A stretch of 64,000 nucleotides of DNA, taken from IMG/VR virus record IMGVR_UViG_3300025900_000203; one strand, written 5' to 3'. A program made the position numbers and the translations under genes. Each line of letters starts with the position of its first letter. Within the stretch, counting starts at the first letter, position 1. The notes beneath the pieces are model-generated. The model was not told the origin of the DNA. It did no database searches and was given only the letters and a program-made list of their open reading frames with translations. Positions 28,909 through 38,040 of the stretch are shown here, in pieces. The DNA is from an uncultured virus (IMG/VR IMGVR_UViG_3300025900_000203) (lineage: Duplodnaviria > Heunggongvirae > Uroviricota > Caudoviricetes).

Positions 28909-29385
28909 TCATAACGTCCACTCTCGTTGCTTCAGCTCGTGATGTGCACGCGCGATCAGCCCGACTGCAATCGTGGCCAACGCATTCTCCGCGCACGTGA
29001 TGGGCTTGCACAGATCCGTTTCAGAAGGAGCGGGCGGCTCCTCCCAGAAGCTTGCCGTCTTGAGCATGCGACACTGCTTCTGTTTCGGCACACCGAATCC
29101 GAGCATGTCTAGTACCGCAAACTCCACCCGCAGCGCCGTCAACTCATGAGCGTTTTGCTCGGCAGGATCTTTGGGCAAGAAGGCTTCGATATTTTCAGCG
29201 CAGTGTGGATCGCCGAGGCAGAGCGCGTGGGCCAGCTCGTGCAGGATCGCCTCGATGTCGCTGAGTTTCTTGCTGCGGTGTTTCACGGTCGAGCCCGGAT
29301 GCTCAGCAGCAGGCGCGTACTCGTTCCACAGCCGCTGCAGCGCCGCATGCAACTGGGTGACCGTGAGTCGAAGCTTTGTTTTCAC
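28909..29385 (-). CDS. HExxH-motif protein (metallopeptidase-like)
   Basis: ILHELAHA...HELTA. Confidence 0.55.
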   Translation of the reverse strand: MKTKLRLTVTQLHAALQRLWNEYAPAAEHPGSTVKHRSKKLSDIEAILHELAHALCLGDPHCAENIEAFLPKDPAEQNAHELTALRVEFAVLDMLGFGVPKQKQCRMLKTASFWEEPPAPSETDLCKPITCAENALATIAVGLIARAHHELKQREWTL

Positions 29386-29645
29386 GGAACCCTGCCGAAT
29401 GTACGTACCAAACATTCGAAGCACACGCGCAGGCCCCCGCCCATGTAATGGTGCCGAGGTTCGTGCCCGCAGAGGATCAGTCCAGGATCTTCACCCGCCT
29501 TCGCGCGGAGGAGTGCTTCTTCATCGTCGTATTCCTGAACGTGCACTCCGAAGTGAGGCGCGAACTCGGCGGTGTATCCGTGCCGGCGATCGACACGCTC
29601 GATGGCCTTGTCGCGGAACATGGTGTCCGCATCATCGTTCGACAT
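29382..29645 (-). CDS. hypothetical protein
   Basis: Starts MSNDD; CGH...CxxC. Confidence 0.5.
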   Translation of the reverse strand: MSNDDADTMFRDKAIERVDRRHGYTAEFAPHFGVHVQEYDDEEALLRAKAGEDPGLILCGHEPRHHYMGGGLRVCFECLVRTFGRVP

Positions 29646-29886
29646 AGCTCGCTGCCTCCTTCTTACATTCCCGTTGGTTCTCTCCGCTCCCGACAACACG
29701 GTTATCGAACCGCAACTCGTAGCGTTCTGGGCGAGTGCCGCCACCGTAGATCGGCGTGATCCACCATCTGCCGCAGTGCGACTCGACGTAGTCGCCTGTC
29801 GATCGTTTCCAACGTACGTGCATCGAAAGCTTAGGCCTCGCCCCACAGATGAGCGTGCTCGACAAGTAAGTCCAGCCAGTACTCAT
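29632..29886 (-). CDS. hypothetical protein
   Basis: ORF in co-directional run. Confidence 0.45.
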   Translation of the reverse strand: MSTGWTYLSSTLICGARPKLSMHVRWKRSTGDYVESHCGRWWITPIYGGGTRPERYELRFDNRVVGSGENQRECKKEAASYVER

Positions 29887-30020
29887 TCATGTCAAGCTTC
29901 CCGTCCGACCCTCGACACGCCTTAACGAGACCTCTCCAATGATCGGATCGGTCCTGTGTAGACGTGATCGTGATGCCGGGTCGCGCCTCGAACGCGAACC
30001 ATACGCGCCAGCCTGCCATG

Positions 30021-30323
30021 TCAGCTCCGTGCCTTGTCAGCATCGGCAGCCTCTTCGGCCGCAATCCGCGCCTGCCACCCACGCACCTGCTCTAGCGTGG
30101 CGCCTGCCTCCATCATCGCAAGGATCGGCAAGCGGCGCAGTTGCCAGGTGTGCAATGCGTTGATGGCAGCGAGGCCACGGTGTCGGTACAAGCACACCGC
30201 GTGCGCGTGATGTCGAGTGCCGTACTTCACCATCTCGGATTGGCGCGCGATCACCTTGCAGAAGCGACACTGGCCCCAGGCTGGAACGTAACGACTATTC
30301 CGAGGCATTGGGTACTCCGCCAT
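30021..30323 (-). CDS. hypothetical protein
   Basis: CRFC...HAHxxC. Confidence 0.55.
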   Translation of the reverse strand: MAEYPMPRNSRYVPAWGQCRFCKVIARQSEMVKYGTRHHAHAVCLYRHRGLAAINALHTWQLRRLPILAMMEAGATLEQVRGWQARIAAEEAADADKARS

Positions 30324-30576
30324 GCGCCGGGCACGCTGGCGGTAGAATGTCGTCGTACGTCACAGCGATGACGTCGTGGATGCAGTAGGCGAGGAACCTC
30401 GCGTCGATCGGCCAGTTGAACTTCTTCGCGATCTCTGAAAAGTTTGGCTTGATCAACTCCGATTGGAGCAAGTCGACGATCGTTAAGGCGTGGCCGTGGC
30501 CGTGTTTTCGATAGATCGCAACCGCTTGATGGATCTGATTGTCCGTTAGGAACTGTGTGAGCTTGATGTTCTTCAT
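30295..30576 (-). CDS. hypothetical protein
   Basis: AAGGAG RBS. Confidence 0.6.
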   Translation of the reverse strand: MKNIKLTQFLTDNQIHQAVAIYRKHGHGHALTIVDLLQSELIKPNFSEIAKKFNWPIDARFLAYCIHDVIAVTYDDILPPACPAHGGVPNASE

Positions 30577-30803
30577 GGAGACTCCTTCGAGTGGAAGGAC
30601 TGGAGGAGCTGCATTACGCGAAGCGCTTGCTCCTCGCTGAGCCGATCCGCTTCCACATGCAGGCCTCCAAACTGACGCGCTTGCACCCGTGCAGCCGGAA
30701 CTTCCCCAACGATCCGTTGAATCCGCTCGACTTGCGCTTCGAGTTGCTCGCGGCGCTTTTCATCTTCACGTCGTCGCACTTCTACATAGCCGTTTGTTGT
30801 CAT
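30573..30803 (-). CDS. hypothetical protein
   Basis: Starts MTTNG. Confidence 0.5.
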   Translation of the reverse strand: MTTNGYVEVRRREDEKRREQLEAQVERIQRIVGEVPAARVQARQFGGLHVEADRLSEEQALRVMQLLQSFHSKESP

Positions 30804-31053
30804 GGTACTTGCCCGCAATGATGCGGACCCGGCCGACCTTCGGATAAAGACCTGCCGTTTGCTCGGCACGAATCTCGATACTGCCGACGTATTCCCCGTC
30901 GATTCTTGAGATGTCGTAGCGACCGCCGAAACTCTTGCCACTGTCGAAAGGGATCTTTCGTTTGGTCAGCTCTGCCTTGAGGCCTTCGAACGCCGCGACG
31001 AGCTTACGATCTTGCTCGGTCGAAACTGCATCACGTTGCTCTTGGAGGGTCAC
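30766..31053 (-). CDS. hypothetical protein
   Basis: Starts GTG-TLQE. Confidence 0.5.
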   Translation of the reverse strand: MTLQEQRDAVSTEQDRKLVAAFEGLKAELTKRKIPFDSGKSFGGRYDISRIDGEYVGSIEIRAEQTAGLYPKVGRVRIIAGKYHDNKRLCRSATT

Positions 31054-31144
31054 GACACACTGCCTTCCCGTTGGATACGCCGCTCGATGAGCGAACGGTT
31101 CTGCACGATGTAGCTGCGGCTGTCCGCGAGGTACAGCGCTCGTG

Positions 31145-31357
31145 TCACAGGTTCGGTTCCCACTGCATGCCGCACGGCACGAGTCCGGCATCGTCGAAGT
31201 CTTCGGGCTGCGGGGCAACGTGATCGAACGACCATTCGCTTGGCTTGACGCGAGCAACACAGAGAAGTGTCAAGTCCGGCGCGTTGGCAGCTTCGCCGTT
31301 GTCCTGGATGAACTTGCCGTTGGTGTTGCCACAGTGCGGACATTTCCCGTGCTTCAT
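31145..31357 (-). CDS. small Zn-ribbon protein
   Basis: MKHGKCPHCG...C...CGMQW; follows sigma54 promoter. Confidence 0.6.
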   Translation of the reverse strand: MKHGKCPHCGNTNGKFIQDNGEAANAPDLTLLCVARVKPSEWSFDHVAPQPEDFDDAGLVPCGMQWEPNL

Positions 31358-31372
31358 ACTTGACCTGGTTAA

Positions 31373-31441
31373 AGCAGATCGTGTGCCGAATGACGGCGTG
31401 TGTAAGTGCGTGAAGCGCCAACCCTGGGTAGGAAAGTACCC
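31373..31441 (-). promoter_or_regulatory. sigma54-type promoter plus GGGT-N8-ACCC box
   Basis: CGGCACACGATCTGCT (31388-31373); GGGTAGGAAAGTACCC (31426-31441), 38 nt from GG. Confidence 0.8.
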
Positions 31442-31491
31442 GTCTCTGTGCCGACATAGGGCTGTGTCCGAGAAAGGACACTTTCGCGTCG

Positions 31492-31806
31492 TCATCGAGA
31501 CTTCCTCCGTGTGGCAGTTTTCTTCGGGCGCGGCTTCTTGAGCGTGCTGTGCCACTCGTAGCCGAACGAGGAGACGGTCAAGGTCGCTGCCAGCTCCGAG
31601 ACTGCACCGCGCATCTCACTGACGACGCAGGCAATCTTGGCATGCGGTACGAGGATCGCCTCGCCGAGCCGCAGTGCCGCGCCACCGCACGCGAGCGCGA
31701 CCTTCTGCGCGAATAATTGCGGGGTGACTTCCTCGTCGAGCAGGAACGTGAGCGTCACCTGGTGCTTCTTGCGGACGTCGAGGTGCTTCATCTGATGGGG
31801 TCTCAC
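31492..31806 (-). CDS. hypothetical protein
   Basis: 104-aa ORF, basic tail. Confidence 0.55.
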   Translation of the reverse strand: MRPHQMKHLDVRKKHQVTLTFLLDEEVTPQLFAQKVALACGGAALRLGEAILVPHAKIACVVSEMRGAVSELAATLTVSSFGYEWHSTLKKPRPKKTATRRKSR

Positions 31807-31901
31807 GGGCTAGCAGGCCCCCGACCCACCGCAGTTGAGGCAACGTCGGAGGATACGGAAAACAGTCGTGGGCTCAACCAATTGTGCGGTCCTTTGAGCT
31901 G

Positions 31902-31928
31902 TCTATCAGCTTGTTAGACGTTTGTCAG
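31902..31928 (-). promoter_or_regulatory. promoter/operator motif, copy 2
   Basis: CTGACAAACGTCTAACAAGCTGATAGA; matches 11614-11640. Confidence 0.6.
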
Positions 31929-31970
31929 CCCCTCGTGGCTTCGGGGCGTTGAGGCTCGTGGAGCACGGAG

Positions 31971-32240
31971 CTAGTTGATGGAGCGTTCGGCGCCGTTGTT
32001 GATGAGGTGCTCGACACGATCACACGGCACGTTGGCCAAGGCAGGGCCTCCTTGGTACGTCCCCCGCGTTTCGAAGAGGTACGCGAAGCATAGGCCGCTG
32101 CGCGGATCACGAAGGTAGGTGAGGCTCTTCACCAGAAGGTTCGCGTCGTCGGTGTCCACGGAGATGTATTCGCTCTTCTTACAGCCGCCCGCGAGGAGCA
32201 CGAGCGTGAGAGCTGCGAGGCGTAGATGTGTTTTGATCAT
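31971..32240 (-). CDS. small lipoprotein
   Basis: Signal peptide with AGGC lipobox; YLRDPRSGLCFA. Confidence 0.7.
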   Translation of the reverse strand: MIKTHLRLAALTLVLLAGGCKKSEYISVDTDDANLLVKSLTYLRDPRSGLCFAYLFETRGTYQGGPALANVPCDRVEHLINNGAERSIN

Positions 32241-32259
32241 AGAACCTTTCGTTAGAGAG

Positions 32260-32577
32260 CTAGTTGATGAGATCTACGACGATCGTCAGACGAAGCATCT
32301 GGCGACCGACCGAGATGAGATCCCCCGAGACTAGCTTCCGTCGATTGATCTTCTGGCCGTTCACGTAGGTGCCGAGTACGGATCCGAGGTCTATGAGGAA
32401 GATGCCGTCGTGGTTACGCTCGATGACCGCGTGCAGCCGAGATACTTGATCGTCGTTGGCGAAACGAATGTTCGCGCTGGAAACGCTGCCGATCTTGATC
32501 GTCAACGCGGACGGATCCGAATTGTATTGAAATGTTTGAGTGACGGTATCTCCGTTCATAATTTCAATGCGGATCAT
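32260..32577 (-). CDS. stand-alone FHA domain protein
   Basis: IKIGS...VSRLHAVI...DLGSVLGTYVNG...LVSGDLISVG; GGAGG RBS. Confidence 0.9.
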   Translation of the reverse strand: MIRIEIMNGDTVTQTFQYNSDPSALTIKIGSVSSANIRFANDDQVSRLHAVIERNHDGIFLIDLGSVLGTYVNGQKINRRKLVSGDLISVGRQMLRLTIVVDLIN

Positions 32578-32807
32578 GCAAGCCTCCAAGCATGTCAACA
32601 CACGCTTTGCACCGTTGGATGGGGAATTTACGTTCGGACATCGGACGCGAGTCGTTCGCCAAGTATTGACCAAGGCTCTCGAAGAGCGGCACAGCGATGC
32701 ACGGCGCACAGTTTCTGTCGCACAGCGGGGTCGAGGCGTCGTCGAGTTGGCAGTGAACGTCGAGCGGTGGCCTTCGTGGAAGCAGAAACATTCGTTTGGA
32801 CATCCTG

Positions 32808-33374
32808 TCAATGTTCAGGTGCGAAGGGTCTGCGGCCGTCGACATGTAACTGTTCGTCAACCTCGTGGAGGTAAAGCTGGCGTACGATGTGACGAATGAA
32901 ACGGCTCGCACTCTCTTCGTGGTAGGGCGGTAGCTTGTAGCGAGCGGCGAGCGGCACAGGGAGACCCTTGGCGATGGCGAGTGGGATCTTGTCTCTACCT
33001 TCCTTGTCGACGAAGAGCTTCAACTCCGGCCCCTGGGGGTCAGGGGGCTCGTAGGGAACGATCACTTCAACCACGACGTAGTGTCCATCCACACGAAACG
33101 TCACGGGCAACGCTCCACCCACGCGAACGGTCGGCAGGTACGCAGACCAATGCTCGACATCGTGCGGTTCGAGTGGCGGCCCCTCAAGTTGAGTGGCTTC
33201 CGTGTAGAGGGCCATTGCGGCATCGATCATCGCGTGCCGGATCACGTCTCCCCAGCAATCCGCGTCTCCTGCGTTGATCGCTTCGCGCAGCAGCTTGTCT
33301 GCCTGTGTTCGAAGGTCGCTGGCCTGTTGGATCAGATGATGGGTGTCTGTGAAGTTTTCCACGCTCTTATTCAT
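32808..33374 (-). CDS. hypothetical protein
   Basis: Ends HEVDE...DG.RPFAPEH. Confidence 0.65.
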   Translation of the reverse strand: MNKSVENFTDTHHLIQQASDLRTQADKLLREAINAGDADCWGDVIRHAMIDAAMALYTEATQLEGPPLEPHDVEHWSAYLPTVRVGGALPVTFRVDGHYVVVEVIVPYEPPDPQGPELKLFVDKEGRDKIPLAIAKGLPVPLAARYKLPPYHEESASRFIRHIVRQLYLHEVDEQLHVDGRRPFAPEH

Positions 33375-33452
33375 AACGGTCACCTTTCCGCGACGGCTTG
33401 CTCGCACTCAAAGGAGCACCGTCCCCGTCGCGCATGCTCTTCACCTGGAACA

Positions 33453-33800
33453 CTAGACGGCCTCGCTAAGCGATTCGCGATCCGTCTGGCGCAACGCGGC
33501 GATCTCGGCGCGCAGCCTCTCGGCACGCTCCCGATTTCCACTCTCAATCGCGTAAACCACCTGCAACTCGAGTCGCTCCTCAGGCGTGCCGTGACCCCAT
33601 ACGTACGACGCGCGCTCGAGGCACGATTCGCACTCGTAATCGCGAGTAAGCGCCTTGCAACCGCACGTCGTGCAGCGGTGCGCGTCGCAGTTCGGGTAGG
33701 CGTCGCACACGTCGGCGACGTCGCCGCAGTCGTCGCACCACGACGCGCACCCGTGGCACCTGCTCGGGCCGATCTGACAAGCAGGAGGACGCTCCAGCAT
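33453..33800 (-). CDS. Cys-rich protein
   Basis: Many Cys in CxxC pairs. Confidence 0.6.
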   Translation of the reverse strand: MLERPPACQIGPSRCHGCASWCDDCGDVADVCDAYPNCDAHRCTTCGCKALTRDYECESCLERASYVWGHGTPEERLELQVVYAIESGNRERAERLRAEIAALRQTDRESLSEAV

Positions 33801-34054
33801 CAGTGATCCTGAACGGGCAAATGCTCGGCGAATTCGGCGGCGATCCTTAGGTGGCGCTCCACCGTGGCGATCGCGTCGGAGAGCTTCTCATCATCGGTCT
33901 TTGGGCGGAACTCAAGCGAACCGTCCGCGTTTCGACCGCAGCCGACCTGGGTTTGGAGGAGCTTGTACGCGCCACTGTGTACGATCGCGGTCCAGTGTGC
34001 TGCACGCGCCATGAAGAGGAGGAACTGGGCTTCATTGTACTTCACAACGGCCAC
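33800..34054 (-). CDS. hypothetical protein
   Basis: Operon gene. Confidence 0.55.
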   Translation of the reverse strand: MAVVKYNEAQFLLFMARAAHWTAIVHSGAYKLLQTQVGCGRNADGSLEFRPKTDDEKLSDAIATVERHLRIAAEFAEHLPVQDH

Positions 34055-34301
34055 CTTCCGTGACGGACTGAACCGTCTGCGAGATCTCGATCGGCGCCAA
34101 GCCCCAGTGCTCGCGCAGATACTTCACCACAGCACGCAGCGTCGGGAACGGCGAGCAAGCGGCGGAGCTGGTGTGGGTGTGGTTGTAGCCATCGCCCTTC
34201 GTGAACAGATCGAAGTCCCAACCGCCCAACGCGTGACGGAACGCGCGAGCACGCTTGGTGTCGTACTGCGAACGGTAGATCCGATCAGCGTAGCGAAGCA
34301 T
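34032..34301 (-). CDS. hypothetical protein
   Basis: ATG 13 nt after sigma54 -12 GC. Confidence 0.55.
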   Translation of the reverse strand: MLRYADRIYRSQYDTKRARAFRHALGGWDFDLFTKGDGYNHTHTSSAACSPFPTLRAVVKYLREHWGLAPIEISQTVQSVTEGGRCEVQ

Positions 34302-34313
34302 GGCCAAAGATGA

Positions 34314-34381
34314 AGCAGTTCACGTGCCGAAGGAGCGCGTGTGTAAGTGCGCGGAGGTAGCCCCTGGGTACGTAGTTACCC
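34314..34381 (-). promoter_or_regulatory. sigma54-type promoter plus GGGT-N8-ACCC box
   Basis: CGGCACGTGAACTGCT (34329-34314); GGGTACGTAGTTACCC (34366-34381), 37 nt from GG; shares GCGTGTGTAAGTGCG with the 31.4 kb copy. Confidence 0.8.
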
Positions 34382-34587
34382 GTCTCTCCGACGCTGCAGA
34401 GCTGTGCCCGAGAAACCACACTACGTACTAATCTTGCTGTTTGCAGCCGTACGGTCGCGAGGTGGACGCCCACGCGTTTTTGTAGGGTGCCATCTCCATT
34501 CCCCAGCCAGCTTCTTCGCAGCCGCAGTCTTCATCACTCGTCGACGCACGCCAGCCTCGTATTCGAACCCGAGCATTTTTTGCTCAC

Positions 34588-35244
34588 TCACAGCGTGTCT
34601 CCTTCTGCGATCGCTTCGAGGAACGGTTCCAGGTGCTCTTTGTGCATCAGCGGGAGACAGGAATCGATCGAGTCCGCGCCGATGCTGCGGGCCCAGCGCA
34701 CGCGATCAGGAACGCCGACACGGCCGACGTGACACCGACGACCACTGTCGTGTGCAAACTTGACCCAGTCAGCCGCCGTGCGAAGCTTCCAGGGGAGCTG
34801 GCCCCCGACGAAGATCCCGTGGAAGCGCTGCCCCTTCGATCCGAGGAGCTCCTCGATTCGTAGGGCAGCTCCGACGCGGGCCGGCGTCATGCCGTCTTGG
34901 ACCGCGAGGTAGCACGGCAGATCTTCCAGATCGGACTTCCAGGCGCACGAGAACTTGAGCGAGGCCATCCCGCCGGCCACGATGTCCGGAGCGACCACGA
35001 AATCAGGAGATCCGTGCCCGTTGCCGAACTCGCGATCGATGCGAATCCGTCGCATGTCGCGCACAAACCGCATCACGTTGAACGGTTTCGCGGCCGTCCA
35101 GTCACGATAGGCGCCGTTGTCGTAGAACCACGGATCGCGCTTGCGCGAGAACAACTCACCACGCACGGTGCACTCCCCGATGCCGTGCTCCTTCAGCTTC
35201 TCGACCAGCTTCGGATCACGTGTCTGGCCACAGTAAGCCATCAC
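34588..35244 (-). CDS. TGT/DpdA-like TIM-barrel protein (possible nucleic-acid base modification)
   Basis: YDNGAY, PDIV, AVQDG, IFVGG, HVGRV, GADSIDS. Confidence 0.5.
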   Translation of the reverse strand: MMAYCGQTRDPKLVEKLKEHGIGECTVRGELFSRKRDPWFYDNGAYRDWTAAKPFNVMRFVRDMRRIRIDREFGNGHGSPDFVVAPDIVAGGMASLKFSCAWKSDLEDLPCYLAVQDGMTPARVGAALRIEELLGSKGQRFHGIFVGGQLPWKLRTAADWVKFAHDSGRRCHVGRVGVPDRVRWARSIGADSIDSCLPLMHKEHLEPFLEAIAEGDTL

Positions 35245-35445
35245 TGCGCGGGCACTTTCCGTCCGAAAGCCTTCACGAGGCGCTCAAAGCAGACCCACAG
35301 GCCGTAGTGGAGCCGCGTTCGGGTGCCGTGGCCGCAGAGCGTAGCTCCCGGGTCGAACGTGTCCGCGTCTTCACGGTTCGATGCGCTTTACTCGGCATTG
35401 CGATCCCATTTCAGGTTCTGGTAGCGAGCTGCTAGCGTGGACAAG

Positions 35446-35928
35446 ATGAAGGTCCTGACTTCAAGTGCCACATCGAACGTACCAGAAGAGGTCGTTCCAA
35501 CGATCTTGGAGGACGTTGCCGTCGAGGCCGCGACTCTCAAGGAGTTGCGGACGGCGTATCGCGAGTTACGGGCGGCGTACAGCGATCTGCATGTACGACA
35601 CCACGCACGGATCATTGAAGCTCTCGCTGACCTCAAGGAAGAGGGAAAGAAGACAGGCGGCGACGTCCCGTACGGATATCGACTTGCCGACGATGCCGAG
35701 ACACTGCTTGAGGACGAGACCGAGCAGAAGGTGATCGCCGAGGTAGTCGAGCTCCGTGCGCAAGGTATGTCGTTTCGACGGATCGCACAGGAGTTGTGGA
35801 AGAAGAAGCTACGCCCACGGCCGGTTCCCAAAGTGCGGGGACGGCTGAAGACGAAGCGTTTCGGCGTGTTCGATCCGACACAGATCCGACGCATGATCAA
35901 GGCACACGAGGAGCGCACGACGGAATGA
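35446..35928 (+). CDS. serine-recombinase DNA-binding (Recombinase) domain protein without catalytic domain
   Basis: GGDVPYGY...EQKVI...G.SFRRIA.EL; no resolvase Y.RVS motif; TAGCGT 7 nt upstream of ATG. Confidence 0.75.
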   Translation: MKVLTSSATSNVPEEVVPTILEDVAVEAATLKELRTAYRELRAAYSDLHVRHHARIIEALADLKEEGKKTGGDVPYGYRLADDAETLLEDETEQKVIAEVVELRAQGMSFRRIAQELWKKKLRPRPVPKVRGRLKTKRFGVFDPTQIRRMIKAHEERTTE

Positions 35929-35932
35929 CGCT

Positions 35933-36961
35933 TCATTTATTGCGAAGCTTCTTGGGAAGGAGATCGATGAAGGAGTTCGCCGGCGCGACTGGCGCGTCCG
36001 ACAACTTCATGTAACGCGCGGTCGTCTCACTCTTGCTGTGTAGGAGACCACGCTGGACGATCTCCATGGAGACGCCGCGCTGCTTAGCGATCGTTGCGAG
36101 CGATCGACGGAAAGCGTGTGGGGTGAAGCGCGTGTGGTCGACGAAGCCTGCGCGAGCTGCCTGGCGCTTGACGGCATTTCGCACGGTGGTCGTCCCCACC
36201 GCGTTCAGACCATTTTCAGATTTGCGGAACAGCGGACCTGCCACGATGTTGAATTCCTTGACCCAGTTCAGCAGCATCCGTGCGAGCGGTGCGACGACCT
36301 CGACGCGTCCGTACTTGCCACCTTTCGCGTGGACGCGGAGCAAGCCACCCTCAACGTCGAGCTTCTCGAAATCATTGATCGCGATCCGTGCCACCTCGGA
36401 GCGGCGCAGTCCTGTGAACGTGAGCACTACTGTGATGAGGTAGTCACGCTGCTCGATGAAGCTATCGTCGTCGGGAGCCACACTAAGGAAGCGCTCTAGG
36501 TCGACAGCCTCGATCCACGGCGTCTTCATGGGAGCGCTGTCGCCCTTAGGATTCTTGGCTTCGCGCGCCGGGTTCGCTCCGGCGAGAACGCCCGTCTGTG
36601 AGAGCGCGGCGTAGAACGCACGGATCACGGCGAGTGCCCGAGCTCGGGTGTTCTGCCGTTTGCCGCGCGCGCGAAGCTCCAAGAGGTACGCCTGCACGTC
36701 GAGCGTGATGACGTTGAGCGGTGACTTTCCCTTGGCCGCCAGATGCGCGACGTAGGTCTCCCATTCGCGCTTGTACGCGCGCTCGCTCTCGGGGCTGTTC
36801 AGCGCCGACAAGATCTGAGCGACCGCGGCGGCGAGCCGATCGTCCTGGGCCGGCGCGACGACGATCGCGGTGGCAGGCACCGCCGGGATCACGGCGACGG
36901 CAGTTGTAGGCGGAGCCGCCGATCGCCGGCGCGGCTTTGCGGACGCTGTCCTAACCGGCAC
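35933..36961 (-). CDS. tyrosine recombinase/integrase
   Basis: Core-binding domain plus TGLRRSE, KGGK, HAFR, LLHS, TARY: full R-K-H-R-H-Y set. Confidence 0.93.
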   Translation of the reverse strand: MPVRTASAKPRRRSAAPPTTAVAVIPAVPATAIVVAPAQDDRLAAAVAQILSALNSPESERAYKREWETYVAHLAAKGKSPLNVITLDVQAYLLELRARGKRQNTRARALAVIRAFYAALSQTGVLAGANPAREAKNPKGDSAPMKTPWIEAVDLERFLSVAPDDDSFIEQRDYLITVVLTFTGLRRSEVARIAINDFEKLDVEGGLLRVHAKGGKYGRVEVVAPLARMLLNWVKEFNIVAGPLFRKSENGLNAVGTTTVRNAVKRQAARAGFVDHTRFTPHAFRRSLATIAKQRGVSMEIVQRGLLHSKSETTARYMKLSDAPVAPANSFIDLLPKKLRNK

Positions 36962-37118
36962 GTTTCGCCCCTTCCCACGGGTCATCTGCCGCGGCAGGGT
37001 TCGCGATCGTGCGCCGCACTTGGCCGGCCAGCTGCTCTGGTGTCCTGCCGCCAGACTGCGCGTACCAGACCAGTCCCCGCAGGAGCATCCCGATCGCCTC
37101 GTAGATCTTGTCATCCAT
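36951..37118 (-). CDS. 55-aa hypothetical protein (below ORF track cutoff)
   Basis: MDDKIYEAIG...; AAGGAG RBS. Confidence 0.55.
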   Translation of the reverse strand: MDDKIYEAIGMLLRGLVWYAQSGGRTPEQLAGQVRRTIANPAAADDPWEGAKRAG

Positions 37119-37335
37119 CGCGACGCTCCTTGTGGAGATCGATCATGGGCAGCGACAGCCACGGAAGCGCCCCGGTGCTGTACTGCGCGCCGCAGTCCTC
37201 GCACTGCACGAGGGTGACGGGGCGGTCGGGAAGGACCTCGGACCGGACCTCCAGGAAGTCCTCGCAGCCGCACGCTGGGCAAGTTTCCCGCGCGTTTGTC
37301 ATCGCATTCCATTCTCTTGGGTCTTCGGACACCAC
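37111..37335 (-). CDS. Zn-ribbon protein
   Basis: CPACG...CEDCG. Confidence 0.6.
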   Translation of the reverse strand: MVSEDPREWNAMTNARETCPACGCEDFLEVRSEVLPDRPVTLVQCEDCGAQYSTGALPWLSLPMIDLHKERRDG

Positions 37336-37928
37336 GTCTTGTGCGGCAGTGCTGGCTCACTGCCATCTTCTTCGCCGCACGTGCAGTGAGCACCACGAGC
37401 CCCGCTCGTCTGGACAATCACGCACCTATCACGGAGACCGTTGCGGTGGCTCCCGAGCTGCTCGATCGAGTCCCCGTCGTACGGGTTCACAGCCTCCTCG
37501 GGCATCGACGCCGAGATGTTCGCCTCGCCCAGCATCTCCACGACCGCACGCGCGACCACCGTCGCTTGGGCCTGAGGGCCCGTGATCGTAACGACGAGGT
37601 TGATCCCGCCCGGACCACGGGACTCGCGCTCGACAGCCGCGTCATAGCGGGCCTGCATCTCGGGGGTGCGCGCGGCGGCCAGCATCCCGACCTTCGCGAT
37701 GATCTCGTCACGGATGTCTGAGCTGCGCCGCCCGAGGCGAATGTCTTCCGCGATCGCGGTACGGATGTCGGGCTCTGCGAGCTGAGCCTTGAGCTTCTTC
37801 TCGATCGCACGAAGCTGCTCTCGCACCGGATCGGGCTCGTGTTTGAGCACTTCCTCGGCGCTGCGATCGCCTACGAGGAGAAGCAGGATCTGGAGCTGCT
37901 GCGGGTCAAACGGGGCGTGATCGGCCAT
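37299..37928 (-). CDS. hypothetical protein
   Basis: Starts MADHAP; TAGGGT 7 nt upstream. Confidence 0.65.
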   Translation of the reverse strand: MADHAPFDPQQLQILLLLVGDRSAEEVLKHEPDPVREQLRAIEKKLKAQLAEPDIRTAIAEDIRLGRRSSDIRDEIIAKVGMLAAARTPEMQARYDAAVERESRGPGGINLVVTITGPQAQATVVARAVVEMLGEANISASMPEEAVNPYDGDSIEQLGSHRNGLRDRCVIVQTSGARGAHCTCGEEDGSEPALPHKTWCPKTQENGMR

Positions 37929-38040
37929 CCAGGGCACCCTATCACCCCTGTGGAATTGACGGTAATGGGGCCTTACCGGCAAGTCTCTTCTGCAAGTAGT
38001 TGATCTAGCTGGGACACTTATATGAAGTGTCACAAATCGG

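Noticed and set aside
36962..37417. 150-aa N-terminal extension of the integrase in the ORF track
   Set aside because: Better explained by separate small genes in other frames (36951..37118 with RBS, 37111..37335).
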